DNA from: Candidatus Cloacimonadota bacterium
Lineage (GTDB): Bacteria; Cloacimonadota; Cloacimonadia; G963667145
Direction: 5' to 3'
Length of the DNA stretch: 64,000 nt
Assembly: GCA_963667255.1 (NCBI GenBank)
Contig: OY762940.1
Span: forward strand, 128,001-192,000
Part shown: piece after piece, positions 39,545 to 49,929 of the stretch
Layout: each line of letters starts with the position of its first letter
How positions within the stretch are numbered: position 1 is the first letter of the stretch
The notes under the pieces: model-generated
Seen by the model: only the letters and a program-made list of their open reading frames with translations
Told to the model about the DNA's origin: nothing
Databases searched by the model: none
Made by a program: the position numbers and the translations under genes

Positions 39545-41872
39545 ATGAAGGCTCCGTTATTTTTGCCTTTCCTTGCCTTGCTCTTGGGAATAGCTTTCGG
39601 GCAAATATTTTCTTGGGGTCTGTATTTCATCATCTTTGTTTTGCTCAATGTCCTTTTGGGATATTACACTCGAAAACCGATTTTCACTCTCATGGCGATT
39701 TTTTTCTTGGGCTCTCTATTAATCCAAAAAAATAGCAATCCCAGACATATAAAGAACTATCTCCAAGTGCCGATAGTTCAGCCGATTACGGGCGAGATAG
39801 TTTCCGAGGTGACATATAGCAAAATCAGAGAACGCTACAGCTTTGTTTTGTCTTTGGAGAGAGTAGCAGGAGTGGAAACTGAGGGCTTGGTGAGGTTCGC
39901 CACAGAGCAGGCAGGACTAAGATACGGGCAGGTTGTGGAGTGTGTCGCAGAGCTCAAAACACCGGAAGGAGCGGTTAATCCATCGGGGTTTGACTATGCA
40001 CAGCGTTTGGCACAGCAAGACATTTATGTCCTTGGCACTAACAAAACTCTATTTACTGTGGTTGAGCAACGAGGAAACATCTTTTGGCAAGCTGTTTACA
40101 GTGCTCGACAGTGGCTGCTGGATAGGATGGAAGCCCGCTACGGAGAGTATGCAGAGTTTTTGCAAACGATATTGCTTGGCAAAAAGATGGAAGATTTGGA
40201 ACTGCGAGAACGGTTTACCAAAGCAGGCGTATCCCACATTTTGGCGATTAGCGGATTGCATATAGGCGTGATTTCGCTGATTGTTTTTTTGTTACTTCGA
40301 CTATTTATCCCCAGAATTTGGATAGTGAGATTGGTAACTGTTTTGTTTCTGGTCTTTTATGCTGCTCTATGCGGTTTTACGCCGTCTGTCACCAGAGCAG
40401 TTTTGATGATTAGTTTGGGCTTATGGGCGATGCACTTGGAAAGATGCTTGGTTTTGGACAACATCGTAGCGGCTGCGGGCATCATCATCCTAATAGTCAA
40501 ACCCGTGTATGCTCTATCGATTAGTTTTCAGTTGTCATTCGTTGCGGTGTTGGTGCTAGCGAAGTTAGTGCCCAAAGTCCGCTTAAAATTCATCTTGTTG
40601 GGCGAGCAAAATCAATCACCATTCTTTCATAAATCTTTGTCACTTGCGATAAATTCAATGATGTGCTCATCCGTGCTGTGTTTGGCGATGACGCCTATAA
40701 CCCTGTTCTATTTCAACCAGATAAATTTCAACGGTGTGTTTGCCAATCTGCTTTGTGTGCCGTTGGTCAGCGTCATTGTTCCTCTTAGCTTTGTGTGCTT
40801 ATTTACACCGATTTTTTATGTGGAATACAGTTTGGCTCTCCAAGCGTTATTGGACTTGCTCTTTTGGTTCGTAAAAATCTTCGCTGGTTTCCCTTTTCAT
40901 TATGGCAATGTCAGCAGTTCGTTTTTTTTGCCGGTGCTTATGAGTCTCATCTTTGCTTTTGTAGCTGTGTATTTAGGGAAAAGATGGAAGAAGCTAAAGC
41001 TGGCGATAGCTTTCTTGTTGATTGCGATTTTGCCTTGGGGATATTTCATCCTTCCACGAGAGAGAAATCTGAGGATTACTTTTTTCGATTGCGGGCTTGG
41101 GGATATGACGCTCATTTCTACGCCAAACGGCAAAAACATTTTTGTGGATGTCGGACCTCCCGATTTTGTGCGGAGTTTCAGGAAAACTGCGTTGCCATAT
41201 CTGGCGGACAAGGGGATAAAAAACATCGATTTTTTGGTGATAACTCACGCCCATAATGACCATTTCGGTGGTGTGTGGCATGCGTTCAATGAGCTGAATA
41301 TTAAGAAAGTCGTTGTGACTAAGAACTTCACCAAGAGCAAGATTTGGAAGCGATTTGCGGATGCTGTGAATGCGGAGGGCAGTGAGCTTGTGGTTTTGCA
41401 GGATACAGGGAAATTGTATCAGGAAGCGGATTTGTTTATCAATGTGGTGCATCCGGCGAAAGACTTTTGGGATGCCGATATCAACAATATGTCCATCGTT
41501 TTGCGACTGGATTATATGGAGTTTTCGGCTCTCTTGACGGGCGATTTGGAGAAAGAGGGAGAGGAGTTCATCTTGCCATTGTTCGATTTGGATTGTGATT
41601 TGCTCAAGGTCGGTCATCATGGGAGCAAGTCCTCCAGCACCAAGCCTTTTATCAAGGAGGTGAGCCCCGAGTATGCGTTTATTTTTACTTCTGTGAAAAA
41701 TCGGTTTCATTTCCCGCACAATAAGACTTTGCGGGCTTACGATTTTTTGGGAGACAATCTATTCATCACCGGAGAGAGCGGTGCTATCGAGATTTCTACC
41801 GATGGGCATTCCGCACATTTCAAGACTTATAAGAGCAAGAGGGAGTTTACCGATTTTACTTTGGATGAGTAA
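39545..41872 (+). CDS. comEC: DNA internalization competence protein ComEC/Rec2
   Basis: HILAISGLH, SFQLSF, THAHNDH, KVGHHGS. Confidence 0.95.
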   Translation: MKAPLFLPFLALLLGIAFGQIFSWGLYFIIFVLLNVLLGYYTRKPIFTLMAIFFLGSLLIQKNSNPRHIKNYLQVPIVQPITGEIVSEVTYSKIRERYSFVLSLERVAGVETEGLVRFATEQAGLRYGQVVECVAELKTPEGAVNPSGFDYAQRLAQQDIYVLGTNKTLFTVVEQRGNIFWQAVYSARQWLLDRMEARYGEYAEFLQTILLGKKMEDLELRERFTKAGVSHILAISGLHIGVISLIVFLLLRLFIPRIWIVRLVTVLFLVFYAALCGFTPSVTRAVLMISLGLWAMHLERCLVLDNIVAAAGIIILIVKPVYALSISFQLSFVAVLVLAKLVPKVRLKFILLGEQNQSPFFHKSLSLAINSMMCSSVLCLAMTPITLFYFNQINFNGVFANLLCVPLVSVIVPLSFVCLFTPIFYVEYSLALQALLDLLFWFVKIFAGFPFHYGNVSSSFFLPVLMSLIFAFVAVYLGKRWKKLKLAIAFLLIAILPWGYFILPRERNLRITFFDCGLGDMTLISTPNGKNIFVDVGPPDFVRSFRKTALPYLADKGIKNIDFLVITHAHNDHFGGVWHAFNELNIKKVVVTKNFTKSKIWKRFADAVNAEGSELVVLQDTGKLYQEADLFINVVHPAKDFWDADINNMSIVLRLDYMEFSALLTGDLEKEGEEFILPLFDLDCDLLKVGHHGSKSSSTKPFIKEVSPEYAFIFTSVKNRFHFPHNKTLRAYDFLGDNLFITGESGAIEISTDGHSAHFKTYKSKREFTDFTLDE

Positions 41873-41884
41873 GGGCTGTTTGGG

Positions 41885-42253
41885 CTGCTTGCTCCTCTCC
41901 CTCATACCCGTGGAAACGGGTATCCATTCTTGTTTTCGTGCTTAGTCCTCTTACTTGCTCTCCAAAAAAATTATCCATTATCACTTATTAATTATCAATT
42001 GCACTTGCACTTGTGCCAGTATCCATTCTTGGCTCGTTTCTCTGACCACATCTGACCACTAAAATGTAGCCTCTAAGATTAACTTTATTTGTATGCATTC
42101 CCAAGCCTGTCAAGCATAATGAAATTGTGCTTGGCTGGAGCTTGGGAACGAGGAGGGTATGGGCTTCTTGCTGTTCTTCGTCCTCTTACTTGCTCTCTCC
42201 GAAAAAATTATCCATTATCACTTATTAATTATCAATTGCTCTTGCACTTGTGC
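41885..42253. repeat. mosaic palindromic intergenic repeat, copy C
   Basis: CATACCCGTGGAAACGGGTATCCA hairpin; ~310 bp nearly identical to 50275-50590. Confidence 0.9.
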
Positions 42254-43170
42254 AAGTGCAAACATTTCTCTGCAAAATCCAAGGCGGCTCCCATGCTCCC
42301 CGCATCAGCCAGATTCTTCCCTGCGATGTCGTAACCCGTTCCGTGGTCAACAGATGTGCGAACAAACGGCAACCCCAAAGTCGTGTTGACGCCCTGCCCC
42401 TTGGAGAGCATCTTAAACGGCACTAACCCTTGGTCGTGATAGGCGGAGATAATCATTTGGTATTTCTGGGCGTGATAAGCGAAAAAAGTATCAGCGGGAA
42501 AAGGTCCGTCAATCGTGATGCTCTCCGCACACTCCAGCTCACTCAGCCAAATTCTTATCTCCTCATCGACAGTGCCAAAAGCCCCTTTTTCCCCAGCGTG
42601 CGGATTGACAGCAAGCATAGCGAACCTCGGATTGTGCAAAATCTTCCTCGTCTGCCGATAAATAACCCGTATCTTCTCCTTGAAAAAATCCTCGCTCATG
42701 CTCCTCTCTATCGCCGACAATGGCAGATGTGTAGTGAGCAAAGCCAGATTGAAATGCGGTCCGAAGAAACTCATGGCAAACTCGTTGGTGTTTCCGGCAA
42801 AAAATTCCGTGTGCCCAATGAAGTCGGGCATGCTGAGTTGGATAGCCTCTTTGCTGATAGGAGCAGTAACGACGGCATCTATCGCCTTTTGGTCGGCGAC
42901 AACCTGTTGCAAAATCCGCAAGCTGTAAGCCCCCGAAGACTTGCTGGGAACGCCCATAGTGCAGTTCGGCACTCCGAAGTCCAAATGGTAGAGCTTCCCC
43001 GAGGTGTTCGCTTGGGAGATATTCACGATTTTTTCGACTTCCAAATCGGGAGTTTGCCCGTAGATGACATAGGCGACATCGGGGTGCAACTTGCGAGATT
43101 TGAACGCTTTCTCGATGACCTCCAAGCCAATGCCGGCGGGGTCTCCCTGAGTGATGACGATTTTTTTCAT
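42232..43170 (-). CDS. pdxA: 4-hydroxythreonine-4-phosphate dehydrogenase
   Basis: GDPAGIG, GHTEF, NPHAGE, YHDQG, RTSVDHGT. Confidence 0.93.
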   Translation of the reverse strand: MKKIVITQGDPAGIGLEVIEKAFKSRKLHPDVAYVIYGQTPDLEVEKIVNISQANTSGKLYHLDFGVPNCTMGVPSKSSGAYSLRILQQVVADQKAIDAVVTAPISKEAIQLSMPDFIGHTEFFAGNTNEFAMSFFGPHFNLALLTTHLPLSAIERSMSEDFFKEKIRVIYRQTRKILHNPRFAMLAVNPHAGEKGAFGTVDEEIRIWLSELECAESITIDGPFPADTFFAYHAQKYQMIISAYHDQGLVPFKMLSKGQGVNTTLGLPFVRTSVDHGTGYDIAGKNLADAGSMGAALDFAEKCLHLHKCKSN

Positions 43171-44330
43171 GTGAGGATATTTTTCACTTCCATATTCTTT
43201 ATTCGCCTCAGCGACCAGTTAATCGCCAAGTAGATTATCAGATTGCTCACGATAAAAATCAGCAAGAACGAATGCCAATTGAACGAGGACTGGATGTTGG
43301 AAATCAGATACACGCTCTGGTCGAGGAGGTAGATTGTTTGCTTGGAGAGGATGTATCCGCCGAGGTAGCCGAGCAGTTGACCGAGGACTATGCCGATAAT
43401 GGCGATGAAGAGGATTTTGAGGAGAAAGAATTTCCTGATAACTCGGTGGCTCAGCCCGAATGAGCGAAAAATCCCGATTTCCTCTTTTCGCGAGATGATG
43501 AACACCAAGACATTGTTGACCACGCCGAACGAAGCGACTATCACCAGCAGCGACAGCACGAGGAAGAGCATAAATTTCTGGAATTGGAGGAAGTTGAAAA
43601 ACTGTCGGTTGTAAGCGTCCCAAGGCTCTACGCCGTAAAATTCTCGTTGCAATCTCGCCACCATCTTGTCCAAATCGTGCGGATTTTTCAGCCGAAGCCC
43701 CGTGCAGATAGTGGGATTTTTCTCCGCAAACACTTGAGTAAATTCGTCCATCGGCAAAAAAGCGGTATTTTCATCGTGTTGCGAGAAACCGCTGAAGTAG
43801 ATGCCGACGACGGTAAACGGCTTCTTCTCGTAAAAAATCCCCATAGGCGTGAACTTGGGCGTGAACGAAGAGCTGAGGAAAATCTTGTCGCCGACTCTCG
43901 CCTGCAACTCATCAGCCAGAGATTTGCCAAGCACAATCTGCTCGGGTGCGGTAAACTCGCCGGTTCCACCTTGGATAAAATCGTCGTAAGCAAATGGGAC
44001 TTTGTGCGGAATAATCCCCTGCACCAAGCAAGATTTGCTGTATTCGCCCGAGGTCAACAAAGCTCCCGCATAGCCGACTTCGGAATATTCGGCGATTTCG
44101 GGGAACTTGGAGAGGTCGAGATTGCTTTCGTAAATGGTAATCTCGGGGGCGATATTGGAGAAAAGTTGCTTGAGGGCTTTTTGGTAACCGTCGAAGATGC
44201 TCATAGCACAGGTCAGCACGGCTACGGACAACAAGATGCCCACCATCATGAAGCCGAAATCGAAGTTCAGCCATTTCTTGTGCTTTAGGTCGAAGTAATC
44301 TCTTATCAGGTAGAGGACGATTTTATTCAT
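43167..44330 (-). CDS. LolC/E (MacB/FtsX-type) ABC permease
   Basis: TM1, large periplasmic loop, three C-terminal TMs, EIGIFRSFG. Confidence 0.8.
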   Translation of the reverse strand: MNKIVLYLIRDYFDLKHKKWLNFDFGFMMVGILLSVAVLTCAMSIFDGYQKALKQLFSNIAPEITIYESNLDLSKFPEIAEYSEVGYAGALLTSGEYSKSCLVQGIIPHKVPFAYDDFIQGGTGEFTAPEQIVLGKSLADELQARVGDKIFLSSSFTPKFTPMGIFYEKKPFTVVGIYFSGFSQHDENTAFLPMDEFTQVFAEKNPTICTGLRLKNPHDLDKMVARLQREFYGVEPWDAYNRQFFNFLQFQKFMLFLVLSLLVIVASFGVVNNVLVFIISRKEEIGIFRSFGLSHRVIRKFFLLKILFIAIIGIVLGQLLGYLGGYILSKQTIYLLDQSVYLISNIQSSFNWHSFLLIFIVSNLIIYLAINWSLRRIKNMEVKNILT

Positions 44331-44404
44331 AAGAGCTGTTTGGATTTTTGGATTTATTGTGTCAATAATTTAGCAAAGCAATTGGCAATTAGCGGTTGAG
44401 ATGC

Positions 44405-45118
44405 CCTCATACTCACGGAAGCAACTGCTGACTCCCCAGCCCCCCTGAGCAAAACAAAAAAAACACTGGCGAGTTACCAACTCGTCAGTGCTCCGCAATT
44501 ATTCATTATTCATTTTTCATTTTTATTTATTATCTATTCCTCTCCCTGCTCCTCTCAGTCTTTTCTCTTTCTTATTCGTTCTCTTACAGAGGGTCTCCTC
44601 TTTACTTTTTGACCGCTCAAAAAGAAAGAGGAGGGAAAGAAAAAACCGCTCTGACCACATAGTAGCAGTCGCTGCGAGTCGCCAGTATAGAAACAAGTCC
44701 AGCGTGCTCCCGTGTCCTCTTTAAGCGTTGTTATCTGTTTGGATTTGCTTTGCAGATAACAGATAGATATTTAAGACTGCTCCTAAAGGCGTTCAGAGTT
44801 TTACCATCTCAGCCCACCAAGCAACTGCTCTGTTCCTGTGCCAAAACTCAAACGACAGCTCGGCGTAGCCAAGCACAATTCTTTCATCTCGTTCCCAAGC
44901 TCCAGCCAAGCACAATTTCATTATGCTTGACAGACTTGGGAATGCATACGGGAAGAAACAACTGCTGACTCCCCAGTCCCCCTGAGCAAAACAAAAAAAA
45001 ACACTGGCGAGTTACCAACTCGCGTGCTCCGCAATTATTCATTATTCATTTTTTTTTTTTTATTTATTCCTCTCCCTGCTCCTCTCCCCAATAATTATCA
45101 ATTATCAATTATCCATTA
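44405..45118. repeat. mosaic palindromic intergenic repeat, copy D
   Basis: Internal ~130-bp direct repeats (44422-44556 and 44959-45086), hairpins at 44464-44490 and 45002-45026, REP at 44888-44949, heptamers. Confidence 0.88.
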
Positions 45119-45128
45119 CACTCCTAAC

Positions 45129-48100
45129 CTATGGATAATTACTCAGTGTCACATCGGTAGCGACACAATTATTAACAGTGCCACTACTCTTCAAACCAAC
45201 AGTGGTTGACCTATCAGAAGGAGCCTTAACAATTCCATTAGTAGCAATGAGATCAGATACAGTAACACTTACAAGCTGTCCTATCAAACCACCTGCGACC
45301 CTAGTGGTGGCGGTAACATTAAGCCGAGTAATCGAGGAATTAGAAAAAGGTTGTTGACAATACCCGAAGAATCCCCCAGCGCATTCGGCAGCTGTGACAA
45401 CGGCACTGTCCACCGTGCAAGAGGTAACCTGAGCAGTTGCATGATAGGCAGATCCTACCAACCCTCCAGCATACTTGTTCGTAGCTGTAACAGTCACATA
45501 GTAGGCTGTATCACTGCTCAATGCTCCAGTGTTATATCCAATAAATCCGCCTACATATCTAAAACCCGTAGCGGTTACACTGTCAACTCTGCTATTAGAC
45601 ACAGCTCCCTCATTTTTTCCAATCAAACCACCTGCGTCTGCTTCCGATATCGAGGCACTTTTAACTACTATCCGAGTAGCCGAGCACAAACTAATTGCCG
45701 ATAGATTATGCCCGATGAGTCCGCCAACAGTGTTATTAGCTGTGACAGAGGCACTGTCCACCGTGCAGGAGGTAATATTTCCTGTCTTACTACCGCCGAG
45801 CAAACCGCCGACACATTGCCAACCCTTAGCGGTTACACTGTCAACCCTGCTATTAGAAACAACTCCAGTGTTATATCCGAGCAAGCCACCTGCGTATGCA
45901 TTATCTGATGCTATTTTAGCTTCAACCACTACCCGAGTAGCCGAGCACAAACTAATTGCCGATGCATTATTCCCGATGAGTCCGCCGGCATAGTTGCCCG
46001 TAGCTGTGACAGTGGCACTGTCCACCTTGCAGGATGTAATCGCTCCTGTCTGACTATAGCCGAGCAAGCCACCGACATATTGATCACCCGTAGCGGTTAC
46101 ACTGTCAACCCTGCTATTAGAAACAGCTCCAGTGTTATATCCGAGCAATCCGCCGACATAGTTCTTCGTAACTGTGACTGTCGTGTTGGATGCAGTATCT
46201 TTGGTCAATATTCCAAAGTTCTTGCCGATGAGTCCGCCGGTATGGCTATAACCTTTAACGGTTGCATTGTCAACCCTGCTATAAGATACATTTTTTTCAT
46301 TATATCCGAGCAAGCCTCCTACAGTACCCGCGTTATCAGCGGTAGAGGTAACTACTATCCGAGTAGCCGAGCACGAACTAATTTCCGAGTCATTATACCC
46401 AATGAGTCCGCCAACAGTGTTATTAGCTGTGACAGAGGCACTGTCCACCGTGCAGGAGGTAATATTTCCTGTCTTACTACCGCCGAGCAAACCGCCGACA
46501 CATTGCCAACCCTTAGCGGTTACACTGTCAACCCTGCTATTAGAAACAACTCCAGTGTTATATCCGAGCAAGCCACCTGCGTATGCATTACCTGATGCTA
46601 TTTTAGCTTCAACTACTACCCGAGTAGCCAAGCACGAACTAATTGTCGATGCATTATTCCCGATGAGTCCACCTGCGTATTGATTCGTAGCTGTGACAGA
46701 GGCACTGTCCACCGTGCAAGAGGTAACAGAAGCTGCCACACCGATATATCCGACCAAACCGCCGGCACTGGTGTCCGTAACTGTAACTCGCACACTATCA
46801 ACCCTGCATCCGTTAAGAATAGCAGAGGCACTACCAATAGTCCCGACCAAACCACCGGCATTTTTTAGAGCATTCACAGTCAGGTTTGACCCAGAGCTAT
46901 TTGTGATAGATTTCTCAGTTTGCCCAACCAATCCTCCCACTGCTTCGTTCCCAGATACAGTCACCTCTCTCACCAAGCAAATGTCGATAGTTGCATTATT
47001 ATACCCTACGAGTCCACCAGTATATGAAGTAGCTGTGACTGTCGTGTTGGATGCGGTATCTCTGGTCAAAGTTCCAGTGTTATTACCAATAAAACCACCG
47101 ACATGTTGATAACCCGTAGCGGTTACATTGTCAACATTGCTATGGGAAACAGCTCCAGTGTTCTTTCCGACCAAACCACCTGCGTATAGATTGCTTGAGG
47201 CATTGCCAACGCTAACCACTATCCGAGTAGCCGAGCATGTATCAATTTTCGATTCATTATGCCCGATGAGTCCGCCAGCATAGCTGGTCGTAGCTGTGAC
47301 AGAGGCACTGTCCACCGTGCAGGAAGTAATATCTCCTGTCGCACTATAGCCGAGTAAACCGCCTGCTCTGTCGTTCGTAGCTGTGACTCGCACATAAGAT
47401 GCGGTATCTCTGGTCAAAGCTCCAGTGTTATATCCAATAAATCCGCCTACAAACGCATAACCCGTAGCAGTTACACTGTCAACTTTGCTACCAGACACAG
47501 TTCCAGTGTTCTTTCCGAGCAAGCCTCCTACAACACCCGCGTTATTGTTAACTTTTACTACTACCCGAGTAGCCGAGCACGAATTAATTGTCGATTCATT
47601 ATTCCCGATGAGTCCACCTGCGTGTTGATTCATAGCTGTGACAGAGGCACTGTCCACCGTGCAGGAAGTAATCGCTCCTGTTTTACTATAGCCGAGCAAA
47701 CCACCGACATATTGATAACCCGTAGCGATTACAGTGTCAACTTTGCTATTAGATACAGCACCAGTATTATATCCGAGCAAACCACCTGCGTATTGATTGC
47801 CTGTGGCATTGCCAACGCTAACCACTACCCGAGTAGCCGAGCACAAACTAATTGCCGATGCATTATTCCCGATGAGTCCGCCGGCATAGCTGCCCGTAGC
47901 TGTGACTCGCACATAAGATGCGGTGTCGCTGGTCAATATTCCACTGCTCATACCGATAAATCCGCCGATAAATTGATTACCCGTAGCGGTTACAGTGTCA
48001 ACTTTGCTATTAGATACAGCTCCAGTGTTATGTCCGAGCAGACCACCTGCGTATTGACCGCCACAGCCAACCACTACCCGAGTAGCCGAGCACGAATTAA

Positions 48101-49778
48101 TTGTCGATTCATTCTTCCCGATGAGTCCACCGGCATGGCTGGTCGTAGCTGTGACAGAGGCACTGTCCACCGTGCAGGAGGTAACAGAAGTTACCTGACT
48201 GATATGTCCGACCAAACCTCCGGCATAGCTGGTCGTAGCTGTGACTCGCACACTATCAACCCTGCATCCGCTAAGAATAACAGAAGAACTATTAATAACC
48301 CCGACCAAACCACCTGCATTATTACCAGCTTTCACAGTCAGGTTTGACCCAGAGCTATTTGTGATAGATTTCTCAGTTTTCCCAACCAGTCCTCCCACTA
48401 TTTCGTTCATAGCTGTGGCAGTTATCCCTCTCACCAAGCAATTGTCGATAGTTCCACCACTATACCCTACGAGTCCACCAACATAGCTGGTCGTAGCTGT
48501 GACAGTCGTGTTGGAGGCGGTATCTCTGGTCAAAGCTCCAGAGTTATAACCAATAAATCCGCCTACAAACGCATAACCCGCAGCGGTTACACTGTCAACT
48601 TTGCTATAAGATACAGCTCCAGTGTTCTTTCCGAGCAAGCCTCCTACAATACCCGCGTTTTCGTTAACTTTAGCTACTATCCGAGTAGCCGAGCAGGAGT
48701 CAATTTTCGATTCATTATTCCCGATGAGTCCACCTGCGCATTGATTCACAGCTGTGACAGAGGCACTGTCCACCGTGCAGGATGTAATATTTCCTGTCTG
48801 ACTACCGCCGAGCAAACCACCGACATCTCGATAACCCGTAGCGATTACAGTGTCAACTTTGCTATTAGATACAGCACCAGTATTAAATCCGAGCAAACCA
48901 CCTGCGTATTGACTGCCTGTGGCATTGCCAACGCTAACCACTACCCGAGTAGCCGAGCAGGAGTCAATTTTCGAGGAACTCCCCCCGATGAGTCCACCGG
49001 CATTGCTGCCCGTAGCTGTGACATTTATTCCTATCACCGAGGATCTTTCCACAGTCCCCGCTGAATACCCGATCAAACCACCTATATTGTTCACACCGGC
49101 AATTGCAATAGATGCCTCAGTAGAAGGTCTGACATGGCAGTTCCGCACCACTCCACCACTCGGGAGACTATCCACCAAAATTCCCCTATTGCTACCAGTA
49201 GTAGTAGTAACAATTTTCTTTATCTCAAGAGTAAGATTGAGGACAGTATCTATATCGTGAAAAAATCCGTAGCTACTACTGATGTTGGGATGATTTTTAA
49301 GACTAACATTAGAAATGGTATGTCCACCACCGTCAAACACCTTGATGCCACTAAAGGAATAAATAGTATCTGTCAGATTTATATCACTCTTCAGAGTCAC
49401 TTTATACGGTTTATACTTCCCAAATAAAGCCTTAAATTCATCATTGCTATTAATAGTCAGCTCCACACTAAGAGGGATGTAAGTCTCCTGACCTGACCGC
49501 TGATATGGGAGAGCCTTGCTACCGGCGGGGCGTAGCCACGGAGTGCCCTTGCTACCGGTGGTGCTGGTATTAATCCCCCAGCCTAAACCATTCCAAAAAG
49601 CATCTGACTGCAACTCATCTTTCGTCTTGGGAGAACCATTTTGAGCAGCAGCCAGCAGAGCGTTGCCAGTCGGCACGGCACTGCTACGGTAAAGAGACTC
49701 TATGTCTATATCCACCGCAAAAGCGGATAAGAAACAGACACTCAAACATATTAAACTGAAAATCTTTTTTAAATTCAC
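45129..49778 (-). CDS. exported GLUG-motif repeat protein (beta-helical adhesin-like), ~1549 aa
   Basis: Signal peptide (..CFLSAFA), dozens of ~27-30-aa xGG(L/F)(I/L/V)G repeats; GTG start after GGAGGAG. Confidence 0.85.
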   Translation of the reverse strand: MNLKKIFSLICLSVCFLSAFAVDIDIESLYRSSAVPTGNALLAAAQNGSPKTKDELQSDAFWNGLGWGINTSTTGSKGTPWLRPAGSKALPYQRSGQETYIPLSVELTINSNDEFKALFGKYKPYKVTLKSDINLTDTIYSFSGIKVFDGGGHTISNVSLKNHPNISSSYGFFHDIDTVLNLTLEIKKIVTTTTGSNRGILVDSLPSGGVVRNCHVRPSTEASIAIAGVNNIGGLIGYSAGTVERSSVIGINVTATGSNAGGLIGGSSSKIDSCSATRVVVSVGNATGSQYAGGLLGFNTGAVSNSKVDTVIATGYRDVGGLLGGSQTGNITSCTVDSASVTAVNQCAGGLIGNNESKIDSCSATRIVAKVNENAGIVGGLLGKNTGAVSYSKVDSVTAAGYAFVGGFIGYNSGALTRDTASNTTVTATTSYVGGLVGYSGGTIDNCLVRGITATAMNEIVGGLVGKTEKSITNSSGSNLTVKAGNNAGGLVGVINSSSVILSGCRVDSVRVTATTSYAGGLVGHISQVTSVTSCTVDSASVTATTSHAGGLIGKNESTINSCSATRVVVGCGGQYAGGLLGHNTGAVSNSKVDTVTATGNQFIGGFIGMSSGILTSDTASYVRVTATGSYAGGLIGNNASAISLCSATRVVVSVGNATGNQYAGGLLGYNTGAVSNSKVDTVIATGYQYVGGLLGYSKTGAITSCTVDSASVTAMNQHAGGLIGNNESTINSCSATRVVVKVNNNAGVVGGLLGKNTGTVSGSKVDSVTATGYAFVGGFIGYNTGALTRDTASYVRVTATNDRAGGLLGYSATGDITSCTVDSASVTATTSYAGGLIGHNESKIDTCSATRIVVSVGNASSNLYAGGLVGKNTGAVSHSNVDNVTATGYQHVGGFIGNNTGTLTRDTASNTTVTATSYTGGLVGYNNATIDICLVREVTVSGNEAVGGLVGQTEKSITNSSGSNLTVNALKNAGGLVGTIGSASAILNGCRVDSVRVTVTDTSAGGLVGYIGVAASVTSCTVDSASVTATNQYAGGLIGNNASTISSCLATRVVVEAKIASGNAYAGGLLGYNTGVVSNSRVDSVTAKGWQCVGGLLGGSKTGNITSCTVDSASVTANNTVGGLIGYNDSEISSCSATRIVVTSTADNAGTVGGLLGYNEKNVSYSRVDNATVKGYSHTGGLIGKNFGILTKDTASNTTVTVTKNYVGGLLGYNTGAVSNSRVDSVTATGDQYVGGLLGYSQTGAITSCKVDSATVTATGNYAGGLIGNNASAISLCSATRVVVEAKIASDNAYAGGLLGYNTGVVSNSRVDSVTAKGWQCVGGLLGGSKTGNITSCTVDSASVTANNTVGGLIGHNLSAISLCSATRIVVKSASISEADAGGLIGKNEGAVSNSRVDSVTATGFRYVGGFIGYNTGALSSDTAYYVTVTATNKYAGGLVGSAYHATAQVTSCTVDSAVVTAAECAGGFFGYCQQPFSNSSITRLNVTATTRVAGGLIGQLVSVTVSDLIATNGIVKAPSDRSTTVGLKSSGTVNNCVATDVTLSNYP

Positions 49779-49929
49779 GGACATCTCCTCCATTGAAACG
49801 GACACTATAACCGCAAGGAAGTAAGGTCGGTAAAAAAGTCAACAAATTTTTATAGATGTTTATTTCAGTGCAAGTTGAGCTATGTGATTTGTATGGTTTT
49901 TGGGGATTTTGGGGGATTTTGTTCTCGTT

